64,000 bases of DNA from Pecten maximus (lineage: Eukaryota), in contig NC_047017.1 of the NCBI RefSeq assembly GCF_902652985.1, forward strand, positions 33,790,001-33,854,000. Direction: 5' to 3'. Shown here piece after piece: positions 25,620 to 61,550 of this stretch. Position 1 is the stretch's first letter, and every line of letters begins with the position of its first letter. A program made the translations under genes and the position numbers. The notes below the pieces were generated by a model. That model worked only from the letters and a program-made list of their open reading frames with translations, was not told where the DNA came from and did not search any database.

Positions 25620-28600
25620 TATCTACCACAGGTATATTCAAGACTGCCTCTGTCTACCACACATAAATTGACAACTTTTTCTGTTTAAGACCAGTATTTA
25701 TTATCATTTCCTTTGTTTACCACAGGTATATTAAGGACTTCCTTTGTTTACCGTTGATATATTTAGGACTTTTGTTGTTTACCATAGGTATGTTTAGGAC
25801 CTCCTTTGTTACCATAGGTATATTTAGGACTTACTATGTTTACCATAGGTATATTTAGAACTTCCTTTGTTTACCATATGTATATTTAGGACCTCCATTG
25901 TTTACCATAGGTATATTTAGGACTTCCTATGTTACCATAGGTATATTTAGGACCTTATTTGTTTACCATAGGTATATTTAGGATCTCCTTTGTTACCATA
26001 GGTATATTAAGGACTTCCTTTGTTTACCATAGGTATATTTAGAACTTCCTCTGTTTACCATAGGTATATTTAGGATCTCCTTTGTTTACCACCGGTATAT
26101 TTAGGATCTCCTTTGTTTACCATAAGTATATTTAGGACTTCCATTGTTTACCATAGGTATATTTAGGACTTCCTATGTTTTCAATAGGTATATTTAGGAC
26201 CTCCTTTGTTTCCCATAGGTATATTTAGGACTTCCTATGTTTACCATAGGTATATTTAGGACTTCCTATGTTTACCATAGGTATATTTAGGATCTCCTTT
26301 GTTACCATAGGTATATTTAGGACCTCCTTTGTTTACCATAGGTATATTTAGGACTTTCATTGTTTACCATAGGTATATTTAGGACTTCCTATGTTTTCAA
26401 TAGGTATATTTAGGACCTCCTTTGTTTCCCATAGGTATATTTAGGACTTCCTATGTTTACCATAGGTATATTTAGGACTTCCTATGTTTACCATAGGTAT
26501 ATTTAGGATCTCCTTTGTTACCATAGGTATATTTAGGACCTTCTTTGTTACCATAGGTATATTTAGGATCTCCTTTGTTACCATAGGTATATTTAGGACT
26601 TCCTTTGTTACCATAGGTATATTTAGGACCTTATTTGTTTACCATAGGTATATTTAGGATCTCCTTTGTTACCATAGGTATATTAAGGACTTCCTTTGTT
26701 TACCATAGGTATATTTAGAACTTCATCTGTTACCATAGGTATATTTAGGACCTCCTTTGTTACCATAGGTATATTTAGGACTTCCTATATTTACCATAGG
26801 TATATTTAGGACTTCCTTTGTTTACCATAGGTATATTTAGGACTTCTTTTGTTTACCATAGGTATATTTAGGACCTCCTTTGTTTACCATAGGTATATTG
26901 AGGACCTCCATTGTTTACCACCGGTATATTTAGGACTTCCTATGTTTACCACAGGTATATTTAGGACTTCCTATGTTTACCACATGTATATTTGGGACCT
27001 CCTTTGTTTACCATAGGTATATTTAGGACTTCCTCTGTTTACCACATGTATATTTAGGACTTCCTTTGTTTACCATTGATATATTTAGGACCTTTGTTGT
27101 TTACCAGAGGTATATTTAGGCCTTCCTATGTTTACCATAGGTATATTTAGGACCTCCTTTGTTTACCATAGGTATATTGAGGACCTCCATTGTTTACCAC
27201 CGGTATATTTAGGACTTCCTATGTTTACCACAGGTATATTTAGGACTTCCTATGTTTACCACAGGTATATTTAGGACTTCCTATGTTTACCATAGGTATA
27301 TTTAGGACCTCCTTTGTTTACCATAGGTATATTAAGGACTTCCTTTGTTTACCATAGGTATATTTAGGACCTCCTTTGTTTACCATAGGTATATTGAGGA
27401 CTTCCTTTGTTTACCGTTGATATATTTAGGACCTTCGTTGTTTACCATAGGTATATTTAGGACCTCCTTTGTTTACCATAGGTATATTGAGGACTTCCTT
27501 TTTTTACCGTTGATATATTTAGGACCTTCGTTGTTTACCATAGGTATATTTAGGACCTTCGTTGTTTACCATAGGTATATTTAGGACCTCCTTTGTTTAC
27601 CATAGGTATATTTAGGACCTCCTTTGTTTACCATAGGTATATTGAGGACTTCCTTTGTTACCATAGGTATATTAAGGACTTCCTATGTTTACCATAGGTA
27701 TATTTAGGACTTCCTATGTTTACCACATGTATATTTGGGACCTCCTTTGTTGCCATAGGTATATTTAGGACTTCCTCTATTTACCATAGGTATATTTAGG
27801 ACTTCCTCTATTTACCATAGGTATATTTAGGACTTCCTTTGTTACCATAGGTATATTAAGGACCTCCATTGTTTACCACAGGTATATTTAGGACCTCCAT
27901 TGTTTACCATAGGTATATTAAGGACTTCCTATGTTTACCACAGCAGGTATATTTAGGACCTCCTTTGTTTACCATAGGTATATGTAGGACTTTCATTGTT
28001 TACCATAGGTATATTTAGGACCTCCTTTGTTTACCATAGGTATATTTAGGACCTCCTTTGTTTACCATAGGTATATTGAGGACTTCCTTTGTTACCATAG
28101 GTATATTAAGGACTTCCTATGTTTACCATAGGTATATTTAGGACTTCCTATGTTTACCACATGTATATTTGGGACCTCCTTTGTTGCCATAGGTATATTT
28201 AGGACTTCCTCTATTTACCATAGGTATATTTAGGACTTCCTCTATTTACCATAGGTATATTTAGGACTTCCTTTGTTACCATAGGTATATTAAGGACCTC
28301 CATTGTTTACCATAGGTATATTTAGGACCTCCTTTGTTTACCATAGGTATATTGAGGACTTCCTTTGTTACCATAGGTATATTAAGGACTTCCTATGTTT
28401 ACCATAGGTATATTTAGGACTTCCTATGTTTACCACATGTATATTTGGGACCTCCTTTGTTGCCATAGGTATATTTAGGACTTCCTCTATTTACCATAGG
28501 TATATTTAGGACTTCCTCTATTTACCATAGGTATATTTAGGACTTCCTTTGTTACCATAGGTATATTAAGGACCTCCATTGTTTACCACAGGTATATTTA

Positions 28601-30917
28601 GGACCTCCATTGTTTACCATAGGTATATTAAGGACTTCCTATGTTTACCACAGCAGGTATATTTAGGACCTCCTTTGTTTACCATAGGTATATGTAGGAC
28701 TTTCATTGTTTACCATAGGTATATTTAGGACTTCCTATGTTTACCATAGGTATATTTAGAACTTCCTATGTTTACCATAGGTATATTTAGGACTTCCTAT
28801 GTTTACCATAGGTATATTTAGGACCTACTTTGTTTACCATAGGTATATGTAGGACTTTCATTGTTTACCATAGGTATATTTAGGACCTCCTTTGTTTACC
28901 ATATGTATATTTAGGACTTCCTATGTTTACCATAGGTATATTTAGAACTTCCTATGTTTACCATAGGTATATTTAGGACCTCCTTTGTTTCCCATAGGTA
29001 TATTTAGGACTTCCTATGTTTACCATAGGTATATTTAGGACTTCCTATGTTTACCATAGGTATATTTAGGATCTCCTTTGTTACCATAGGTATATTTAGG
29101 ACCTTCTTTGTTACCATAGGTATATTTAGGATCTCCTTTGTTACCATAGGTAAATTTAGGACTTCCTTTGTTACCATAGGTATATTTAGGACCTTATTTG
29201 TTTACCATAGGTATATTTAGGATCTCCTTTGTTACCATAGGTATATTAAGGACTTCCTTTGTTTACCATAGGTATATTTAGAACTTCATCTGTTACCATA
29301 GGTATATTTAGGACCTCCTTTGTTACCATAGGTATATTTAGGACTTCCTCTATTTACCATAGGTATATTTAGGACTTCCTTTGTTTACCATAGGTATATT
29401 TAGGACTTCTTTTGTTTACCATAGGTATATTTAGGACCTCCTTTGTTTACCATAGGTATATTGAGGACCTCCATTGTTTACCACCGGTATATTTAGGACT
29501 TCCTATGTTTACCACAGGTATATTTAGGACTTCCTATGTTTACCACATGTATATTTGGGACCTCCTTTGTTTACCATAGGTATATTTAGGACTTCCTCTG
29601 TTTACCACATGTATATTTAGGACTTCCTTTGTTTACCATTGATATATTTAGGACCTTTGTTGTTTACCAGAGGTATATTTAGGCCTTCCTATGTTTACCA
29701 TAGGTATATTTAGGACCTCCTTTGTTTACCATAGGTATATTGAGGACCTCCATTGTTTACCACCGGTATATTTAGGACTTCCTATGTTTACCACAGGTAT
29801 ATTTAGGACTTCCTATGTTTACCACAGGTATATTTAGGACTTCCTATGTTTACCATAGGTATATTTAGGACCTCCTTTGTTTACCATAGGTATATTAAGG
29901 ACTTCCTTTGTTTACCATAGGTATATTTAGGACCTCCTTTGTTTACCATAGGTATATTGAGGACTTCCTTTGTTTACCGTTGATATATTTAGGACCTTCG
30001 TTGTTTACCATAGGTATATTTAGGACCTCCTTTGTTTACCATAGGTATATTGAGGACTTCCTTTTTTTACCGTTGATATATTTAGGACCTTCGTTGTTTA
30101 CCATAGGTATATTTAGGACCTTCGTTGTTTACCATAGGTATATTTAGGACCTCCTTTGTTTACCATAGGTATATTTAGGACCTCCTTTGTTTACCATAGA
30201 TATATTGAGGACTTCCTTTGTTACCATAGGTATATTAAGGACTTCCTATGTTTACCATAGGTATATTTAGGACTTCCTATGTTTACCACATGTATATTTG
30301 GGACCTCCTTTGTTGCCATAGGTATATTTAGGACTTCCTCTATTTACCATAGGTATATTTAGGACTTCCTCTATTTACCATAGGTATATTTAGGACTTCC
30401 TTTGTTACCATAGGTATATTAAGGACCTCCATTGTTTACCACAGGTATATTTAGGACCTCCATTGTTTACCATAGGTATATTAAGGACTTCCTATGTTTA
30501 CCACAGCAGGTATATTTAGGACCTCCTTTGTTTACCATAGGTATATGTAGGACTTTCATTGTTTACCATAGGTATATTTAGGACTTCCTATGTTTACCAT
30601 AGGTATATTTAGGACTTCCTATGTTTACCATAGGTATATTTAGAACTTCCTATGTTTACCATAGGTATATTTAGGACTTCCTATGTTTACCATAGGTATA
30701 TTTAGGACCTACTTTGTTTACCATAGGTATATGTAGGACTTTCATTGTTTACCATAGGTATATTTAGGACCTCCTTTGTTTACCATAGGTATATTTAGGA
30801 CTTCCTATGTTTACCATAGGTATATTTAGAACTTCCTATGTTTACCATAGGTATATTTAGGACCTCCTTTGTTTACCATAGGTATATTTAGGACTTCCTT
30901 TGTTTACCACAGGTATA
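25620..30917. repeat. 31-bp minisatellite (taccataggtatatttaggacttcctttgtt)
   Basis: About 170 copies; 2563-bp higher-order duplication (identical ORFs at 27345 and 29908). Confidence 0.95.
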
Positions 30918-31892
30918 TAGTGCATTTAGAACTTTTCCAGTGATGTTGGTGTGCAATTTGACTTTTATTTACATGTAGTAGTTTATTCAAAGAAATAAAT
31001 GGGTTTCTTTCATATGTAAAAACTGGTTTTTATAATGTATTGATAAATTAATTTTTATGTGCAAATTTTAATATGCATTATATACCTGTATGACAAAGTC
31101 ACATTATGGCCTGCAGGTGTAAAAACCTTTACAGATTGTGATGTGTAGCTACATTAATCAGTGAGGGGCAGTGTGACAGTCAAACATTGGGAGGGGCAGA
31201 TTTGTACAGTATCAAGGATGTCTATCAAATATCCTACATCACTCAAACCTACAGGCCATGGCCACAGCAAAACCATGTGTGCTAGGCAGGCCATGTCTAC
31301 ACAGGCATGTAGGCCTGACAGTCATGATGAATATATACCTGTTGTTGCACTTGTTACTGAATGGTGTGTTAGATTTGAACACATTGATGTGGAGATGTTC
31401 AAATCCTCCATAATGGAGCTCATGATTCAGTTATGTTTTTCTTTAAGGTTTAACGTTTTAAGGTATCATTTTCTCACCAAGCTTTACAACGAGCCAGTTG
31501 GATGTTTTATGTATATACATATATCATTTAATTATTTCAAATTTTTTATGATACAATGTACTTTAAACATGTCAGTTTTTCATTTGTACAGTTTGAACAT
31601 CTTTTATCATGTCCTGTCATGTTTGTTTTCATTAATTTGATTTGTAAAAGTGTCATTAATTATCATTCTGAAAAATAGCTTATCCTGAAACATTATAGGA
31701 CATTTTAAAATCCTTTATTTACAAATGTATTATATAACTATAGAAAACACTTGTTAGACACAAGTAACAAGTTAACATGGATGTTGTATAACATTCAATA
31801 AAACTCGTCAGGAACTGTTAGCTTAGTAGACATTGCCATTAAACAAGAGACAGTCAGGGTAATATAAGTATGTACATTATTATTCCTTGCAG

Positions 31893-53788
<21,896 letters not shown>

Positions 53789-54752
53789 GCTTTTGATGCT
53801 GCTATGTCAAGTCCCATTCACAGGCAAGAGTCCCACAGCCTGGGACGTCCAAATGACAAGAGTCCGATACACATCTGAGACATCAAATCCTGTTATACAA
53901 CTAGAGATCCAGAAATTCCTGAGCGATCCAAAACTACCAGGAACACTCCCAAACAGCACCAGTGGATCCAGGCAATATTTTAATACTTGATAAAGCATTT
54001 GTATAAATTTATGGTGGATATCAAAAATCTTTAATGTGTGATTGTTAATAGGGGTTTTATTTTTCAATTTATTTTTATTTCACTTGTAAACTTTGATTAT
54101 CCAAACAAATTGTACAATGGAAAATGTTGGCTAAGGTTTGACAGTCAAGGAAATGTCTACATTATATTTCTGCAGTGTAAATCATAGTTTGTTTCGTGTT
54201 CACAGCTTACTTGCCACTTTGCTAGTTTGTAGTGTGGTTGTTCCCTAAGCAGTTAATGCTGAGGAATAACAAAAAATTGTTGTGATTTCAATAAACAAAT
54301 CTCCCTGTAGAGATACACACCTCATTATTGCCATATTGGGCTGATTTTATTGCATGGCTGATGTGGGTTTATAATGTTTAGGTATGATTGTATGGCTGGT
54401 GTGGCTATGTCTATGTATGATGTGGTACGATGTTCTGGTACGTACATTGTGAATGCTGGGTAACAGATTAGAGATTGACTGAATATTAATATGAAATAGT
54501 GAATTTTTCACAGAGGACATTGATAGTTATGGAGTATTTATTGAAAGTCCCATACCTATCTAACGGTATAGACAGTGATAGTATTGATGTTTACCAGACA
54601 TATGTTAAAGACAGTGACCATGATGTTTGTTGTAGATGAAATATATGTTGTTACAGAGTATAATTGTTGTGGGGACTTTCTTTTGATGTCGTCGTGTTTA
54701 TAAATGCTGACATTTGATATTAAAGCCATGTGTGTACAATACATGTCAGTCC

Positions 54753-54758
54753 AATAAA
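54753..54758 (+). terminator. Candidate UGP2 polyadenylation signal AATAAA (a second at 54290-54295)
   Basis: Canonical hexamers about 0.5 and 1 kb after the stop codon, before repeat-rich sequence resumes. Confidence 0.4.
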
Positions 54759-55614
54759 ACATTGATGATATGAGTCACTGTCTGAGGAATTTAAGAATTT
54801 TGTTAGATATATTTTATTGGTCACTCTTAGGAATTTAAGAATTTTGTAAAATAAAAGTCACTCTCCGACAAATTAAAGAATTTTGTAAGATATTAATCAC
54901 TGTCCAAGAATTTTAAGAATTTTGTAAATATGAGTCACTGCCTGAGGAAATTATATGATTTTATAATGGACAGATCACATACTGTCTGAAGAAACAGTAT
55001 TTCACAATATAGGTGTTGTATGATAGAATTTCACTATACAAGAGAAGTAGAAAATGTCTGAGACAGTTATCGTACAAAATAACAGATCCGATGAGAGTCT
55101 ACAATAATTATATATATTGCCACAGTGAGGAAAACTAGTGGATATACAAGATACATTGTGTGCTCAATTGTAAACTGCCAAAATAGAACCATATTCGAAA
55201 GAGTTTTATATTGATTGATTATACAGGAAATATTAGTGGCATTTCAACTATTTATATTATTGATTGCTTATAAAGGAAATATTAGTGGCATTTCAATTGT
55301 TTATAATATTGATTGTTTATACAGGAAATATTAGTGGCATTTCAACTGCTCTATGTAGACAATGAACATGAAAGGTTTGGGACTTTTTCTATTACAATTG
55401 TTTAATAATTGTAACACTTAATTTTGTTTATCATGATCTAAATGTTTATGTATTATGTTGGTATTCAAGTGCTAGCTAGTTATGGCCATAACAAATGTGC
55501 TTCCAATTGGTTTTGATAATTTTGTATTACAGCCTTACTGAATGGTGAACTAAAACAGTTAAACTAAAACATGTACATGTATGACAATATCGGAATTACC
55601 CATTGTGTAATAAA

Positions 55615-56243
55615 TTACTGGTTTACCGCCTACATGACTAGATTTTGTCCTATCGACTATAGTCAGCGTTCTGTCGGGGTTAATTAGTTACTGGTTAACC
55701 GCCTACATGACTAGATTTTGTCTTACCGATTATAGTCAGTGTTCTGTCAGCGTTAATTAGTTACTGGTTTACCGCCTAAATGACTAGGTATCATTTCACC
55801 GACTATAGTCAGTGTTCTGTCGGGGTTAATTAGTTACTGGTTTACCACCTAAATGACTAGGTATCATTTCACCGACTATAGTCAGTGTTCTGTCAGCGTT
55901 AATTAGTTACTGGTTTACCGCCTAAATGACTAGGTATCATTTCACCGACTATAGTCAGTGTTCTGTCGGGGTTAATTAGTTACTGGTTTACCGCCTACAT
56001 GACTAGGTTTTGTCTAGTCAGTGTTCTGTCGGGGTTAATTAGTTACTGGTTTACCGCCTACATGACTAGGTTTTGTCTAGTCAGTGTTCTGTCGGGGTTA
56101 ATTAGTTACTGGTTTACCGCCTACATGACTAGGTTTTGTCTCACTGACTATATATAGTCAGTGTTCTGTCAGCGTTAATTAGTTACTGGTTTACCACCTA
56201 CATGACTAGGTATCATTTCACCGACTATAGTCAGTGTTCTGTC
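55615..56243. repeat. 73-bp tandem repeat
   Basis: ttactggtttaccgcctacatgactag...gttctgtcggggttaattag, about 9 copies, some with deletions. Confidence 0.9.
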
Positions 56244-57726
56244 GTTGTCACTGACATGGTGAGGTACATGTACCTAGGTATACAGACTTAGTCTATTCTA
56301 CTGGGGGTAGGAGGAAATTAACACTTAAGTCAGAAAGCTGATTCATGAATTTAAATTTTTTTAAATTAATTTACTTTACGGTGCGGAACAGTCTAGTCAC
56401 ATTTTATGTGTTATCACAGCTTATGATAGTCATGTGTGGTCCTGGGTTCTAGTGCTAACAGAGGCATTACTGTCACAAGTTGGGTGTGGTCCTTGGTCCT
56501 ACTACTAATGAAGGCATCAGATTTGTTCTTTATTTAATAATAATATTTTTATTATGCATGTTAGATTGTCTTATTGTCATAACATGAAGATTGAATAAAG
56601 TGGATTTGAGCACAGCAGTATACATGTCTATGTGAACTTTAAGTAAACTTGAGTACAGCTGTGTACAAGTTGAATTGTGTACATGTGAGTATGACAAGAC
56701 TTGTGTACAGCTATGTAAGTATGAGAGGACTTGTACACCGCTACATGTATGTACATGTGTACATGTCTGTGTGAGTTTGAGAGGACTTGTACACCGCTAC
56801 ATGTATGTACATGTGTACATGTCTATGTGAGTATGAAAGGACTTGTACACAGCTACATGTATGTACATGTCTGTGCGAGTGTTTTGTTATAAACAGCAGT
56901 ACTAGTGTGGACAAGTTATAAAAAGACTATCTATAGTTTGAGATGCAAGAATTTTACTTAAAGGAACCATTCCATTGTTCTATGAAACAGAGAAGTTTTA
57001 CTGATTTTTTGGGTATCATCTGTGCTAGTCATGAAACATGTTTTTATTGGTATTGGACCCTATTGGTAACATTTTACCCAGATTTTATTCATACAGTGTT
57101 TTCCTGAGTTGACATGCCATATATCCATTGCTATATACGCCCAGTCTGTAAGATATCCGTTGTCGTGACGATACAGAGTATAGTCTGTAAGATAGCCGTT
57201 GTCGTGATGATACAGAGTATAGTCAATGATTTGACAAAATGAAACATAGCAATCACAATTTTAAGTATTACAGGTATTTATTTATTTGTTTACAAAAGTA
57301 ATATATGATGCACATTTCCATGATGAATATAGGTAAGCCTTAGTGATCCAGTAACCAGTAATCCAGTTGTTGTCCTGTCACAACTTCCAGTCGCCTTTGG
57401 TCTGGTTGCCTCCTCAATCCAGCCACCAAAGATCTGGTTGCCCAACCAAGATCTGGTTCAATATATAGGTGTTATTATGATACTTGTCTCTATTCCTAAT
57501 TGTCCTTCCTTCACAATGTGGCCGTTAGGAGAGAGAGCTGGTTCCTGGATTACCAAGGGTTTTACACTATTTGTGCATATTTGATGGTTTTGACAGCTGC
57601 TACTGTACGCTTGTGTGACAGCAGGGATTGTTATGGAGGTGAGACAGGACAGAAGTGGATTTGTACATTAAATGGGAAGTCTATTGTCCTCATTTTTTGT
57701 TGTATTCTTTTTTAAATGGATATTAC

Positions 57727-58131
57727 TGTAACAGGAAAGAGAGTAGTGTGTCTCCACTGGGGATCGAACCAGCCACCCTCGGCTTACTGGTCTGTCGCTC
57801 TACCGACTGAGCTTAAGGGAAATTCCCCCTAGCACGAAGCTAGAAGGCAACCATATCACTATGTACAATTAAAACCTGCCACACTACTCTCCCTTTTAAA
57901 ATGTGTTCGCCCCTGAACCCACAACCCAGGTTCTATCTCGAACAAAGCCTCTCATTCTCCTATAGCTTACACTTGAAGTGCTCAACGGCACCAAATGTAA
58001 CAGGAAAGAGTAGTGTGCCTCAACCGGGGATCGAACCAACGACCCTACTGGTCTGCTGCACTACCGACTGAGCTAAAGGGAAATTTCCCCTAGCATGAAG
58101 CTAGAAGGCGATCATATCACTATGTACAATT
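57727..58131 (-). mobile_element. Miniature non-autonomous LTR element with tRNA-like (Pol III) LTRs
   Basis: Two ~135-155-bp direct repeats, each with minus-strand box A (agctcagtcggtag) and box B (ggttcgatccc); PBS-like TGGTGCCGT after the 5' LTR; PPT aaaagggagagtag before the 3' LTR. Confidence 0.7.
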
Positions 58132-58267
58132 ATAGCATTAACAAGGTTGTCATATGAATTGGCTCAGCATTCAGTTTATGGATGTATAAATTGGTTACCA
58201 TAGTAACACATTAACATCTCATTCTGACACTTAATAGGACAAAATAGTTTGGATTTCACAGCCATGT

Positions 58268-59702
58268 TACAAAGGTCTTCATAAAAGTGAAAATTCTACA
58301 CAGCCTATGAACAATTGATGCATAGATTTTGATCATATGTGCAGATCTTTTTTGTTGATAACACTTGTTCTTGTATACTTTTTTTATCAGTTATTGTATT
58401 CTCACATAACTCACAGGGTTATTCGGCGGTTGCTAGGGAAAATCCAAATCAATCTATCACAGGGGGGTAAAGAAAGCTGGCACGTGCTATGACACTGTAA
58501 ACAAGACAAGCGGCTTTTGCAAAATGGACAAAATCGGCGAAAGAGCAGTGATCCAATATTTGTATAACACCTGAGGATATCCATAACGATATGGTAGCAA
58601 CACTAGGGAAAGATGACCCTTCATATGCTTCAGTGAAAAGGTGAGTGTCGGAATTTAACCACGACCGACAGAGCCTTGATGATGACCCCCCCCCCCCCCC
58701 CCCCCCCCCCAAGGCCTGTCAATGTTGTTGCACCCAATTATGCACAGCCAACAGAACCTTGAGGATGACCCCCGTCCTGGAAGGCTTGTCAATATTGAAA
58801 CCCGAGAAATGGTCAATAAAGTTCATTATATTGTTTTGACTGACAGACGAGTCACAGAAAGATATATAGCCAGTAGAGTTGGTTGGCATTTCACAGGAAA
58901 GAGTACATTTCATTCTGAACGAGGATCTTGCAATGAGAAAGCTTTCGGCCCGATGGGTAACAAGACTTCTGACAGTTGATCAGAAGCACAACAGAAACGC
59001 ATGCTAATCTTAACCTTTTTGAGGAAGATCCTGCCAACTTTCTTCAGAGATTTGTCACTATGGATGAAACATGGGTCCATCATTTTATCCCAGAGGCCAA
59101 ACAACAATCGAAATAAAGGAAGCATCCTGGCTCTCCCCCGCCAAAGAAGGTAAAGACTATTCCATCAGCTGGGAAGGTTATGGCCTTAGTTTTCTGAGAT
59201 GCAGATGGTATTCTGCTGATAGATTATCTCCAAAAGGGATAAACAATCAATGGCACATACTATGCTTCACTTCGGAGGCAATTACGGGAAAACATTAAAC
59301 TTAAGTGGCACAGAAAGCTCATTAAAGGTGTGTTATTCCATCAGGACAATGTTCACAAGTCTATCATTGGCATGGCTGCCATTCACAATTGTGGCATTGA
59401 ATTGATTGAGCATCAGCCTTATGCACCCGATCTCGCTCCATCAGACTTTCATCTATTATCAAAAATGATAACAGCTATTCCAGTCACACACTTTCAGTTC
59501 GATGATGACGTGTTGCATGCAGTGGATGACATTCTGAACAGTCAAGAAAAGGCGTTCTATAAAAGTGGCATTAAGGCCCTTAAACACCGCTGGCAAAAGA
59601 GTATAGATACTGATGGGGATTATGTTGAAAAATAATACAATATGTCCGGCAAAATGTAAAGCCTTCGATTTGAGGCTCACAACACATCTATCAGCCCTTG
59701 TA
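58268..59702 (+). mobile_element. Decayed Tc1/mariner (DD34D mariner) transposon, transposase pseudogene
   Basis: Fragments RKLSARWV.RLLT, FVTMDETWVH, SAGKVMA, LFHQDN, PYAPDLAPSDF with frameshifts and stops; degenerate TA-flanked TIRs. Confidence 0.88.
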
Positions 59703-59831
59703 GATACTATTAATCTCTCGCCAGGAACTAGATAGAACAGGACCATTTTGGTACGTATTGCTTCATGAAATTGTCCTGTACTATCAACTTGTTCAGTATA
59801 ACATTGACAAAATAAATTGAAGGTTAATTTA

Positions 59832-61550
59832 AAACAAGGTCAACATCCTCATTCTAAAGACTTCTGGCTACTATGTCAAGGTCAACATTCACATTCTCAA
59901 GACTTCTGGCTACTAAAACAAGGTCAACATTCCAATTCTAAAGACTTCTGGCTACTAAAACAAGGTCAACAATCTCATTCTAAAGACTTCTGACTACTAA
60001 ACCAAGGTCAACATCCTCATTCTCAAGACTTCTGGCTACTAAAACAAGGTCAACATTCCAATTCTAAAGACTTCTGGCTACTAAAACAAGGTCAACAACC
60101 TCATTCTTAAAGACTTCTGACTACTAAAACAAGGTTAACACGCTCATTCTCAAGACTTCTGGCTACTAAACAATGTCAACATCCTCATTCTCAAGACTTC
60201 TGGCTACTAAACAATGTCAACATTCTCATTCTAGAGACTTCTAGCTACTAAAACAAGGTCAACATTCCAATTCTAAAGACTTCTGGCTACTAAACCAAGG
60301 TCAACATTCCAATTCTAAAGACTTCTGGCTACTAAACCAAGGTCAACATCCTCATTCTAAAGACGTCTGGCTACTAAACCAAGGTCAACATCCTCATTCT
60401 AAAGCCTTCTGGTCTGGCTACTAAACCAAGGTCAACATTCCAATTCTAAAGACTTCTGGCTACTAAACCAATGTCAACATCCTCATTCTAAAGCCTTCTG
60501 GCTACTAAGTCAAGGTCAACATTCCAATTCTAAAGACTTCTGGCTACTAAAACAAGGTCAACAACCTCATTCTAAAGACTTCTGGCTACTAACCAAGGTC
60601 AACATTCCAATTCTAAAGACTTCTGGTCTGGCTACTAAACCAAGGTTAACATTCCAATTCTAAAGACATCTGGCTACTAAACCAAGGTCAACATTCCAAT
60701 TCTAAAGACTTCTGGCTACTAAACCAAGGTCAACATTCCAATTCTAAAGACTTCTGGTCTGGCTACTAAACCAAGGTTAACATTCCAATTCTAAAGACTT
60801 CTGGCTACTAAACCAAGGTCAACATTCCAATTCTAAAGACTTCTGGTCTGGCTACTAAACCAAGGTTAACATCCAATTCTAAAGACTTCTGGCTACTAAA
60901 CCAAGGTCAACATCCTCATTCTAAAGCCTTCTGGTCTGGCTACTAAACCAAGGTCAACATCTCCTATTCTAAAGACTTCCTCCTACTAAAACAAGGTCAA
61001 CATCTCCATATTAAAGACATCCTTATTCCAAAACAATGTCAACATGTCCATTCTAAAGACTTCCTCCTTTTAAAACAAGGTCAGCATCCTCATTCTGATG
61101 ACTTTTTGGTACTAAATCATGTTAAAATCTCCATTCTAAAGACTCCTCCTTCTAAAACAAGGTCAATATCTCCTTTAGATTTCCTGCCATTTAAACCAGA
61201 CCAACATCCTCATTCAAACGAATGCTACCAAAAATTGGTCAACAACCCCATTTTAAAGACTTTTTCCTACTGAAACAAGAAAACAAAACCCACTCTAATG
61301 ACTTCTTGCTGCGGAAACAATGTCAAATCCGGTCCCATTCTAATGACTTCTTGCTGCGGAAACAATGTCAAATCCGGTCCCATTCTAATGACTTCTTGCT
61401 GCGGAAACAATGTCAAATCCGGTCCCATTCTAATGACTTCTGTTACGGAAACAAGATCAATGTCCCCAGTGTATTAAGACTTCCGGTTGCGAAAACAAGG
61501 TCAACATCCCCATTCTTAAGATTTCCGGTTGCGAAAACAAGGTCAACAGC
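59832..61550. repeat. ~42-bp minisatellite (aaaacaaggtcaacattccaattctaaagacttctggctact) decaying rightwards
   Basis: Homogeneous to about 60960, then diverged units including a 45-bp x3 sub-array at about 61290-61440. Confidence 0.9.

Noticed and set aside
13120-30917. 31-37-bp repeats as CRISPR arrays
   Set aside because: Units are head-to-tail with no unique spacers, there are no cas genes, and the context is a eukaryotic intron.
53793-54067. Short ORFs after the UGP2 stop codon
   Set aside because: They lie in the 3' UTR region and have no recognisable motifs.
57750-57815. Functional tRNA gene
   Set aside because: Box A/B are present but the acceptor stem is not convincing; it occurs twice as part of direct repeats with PBS/PPT.
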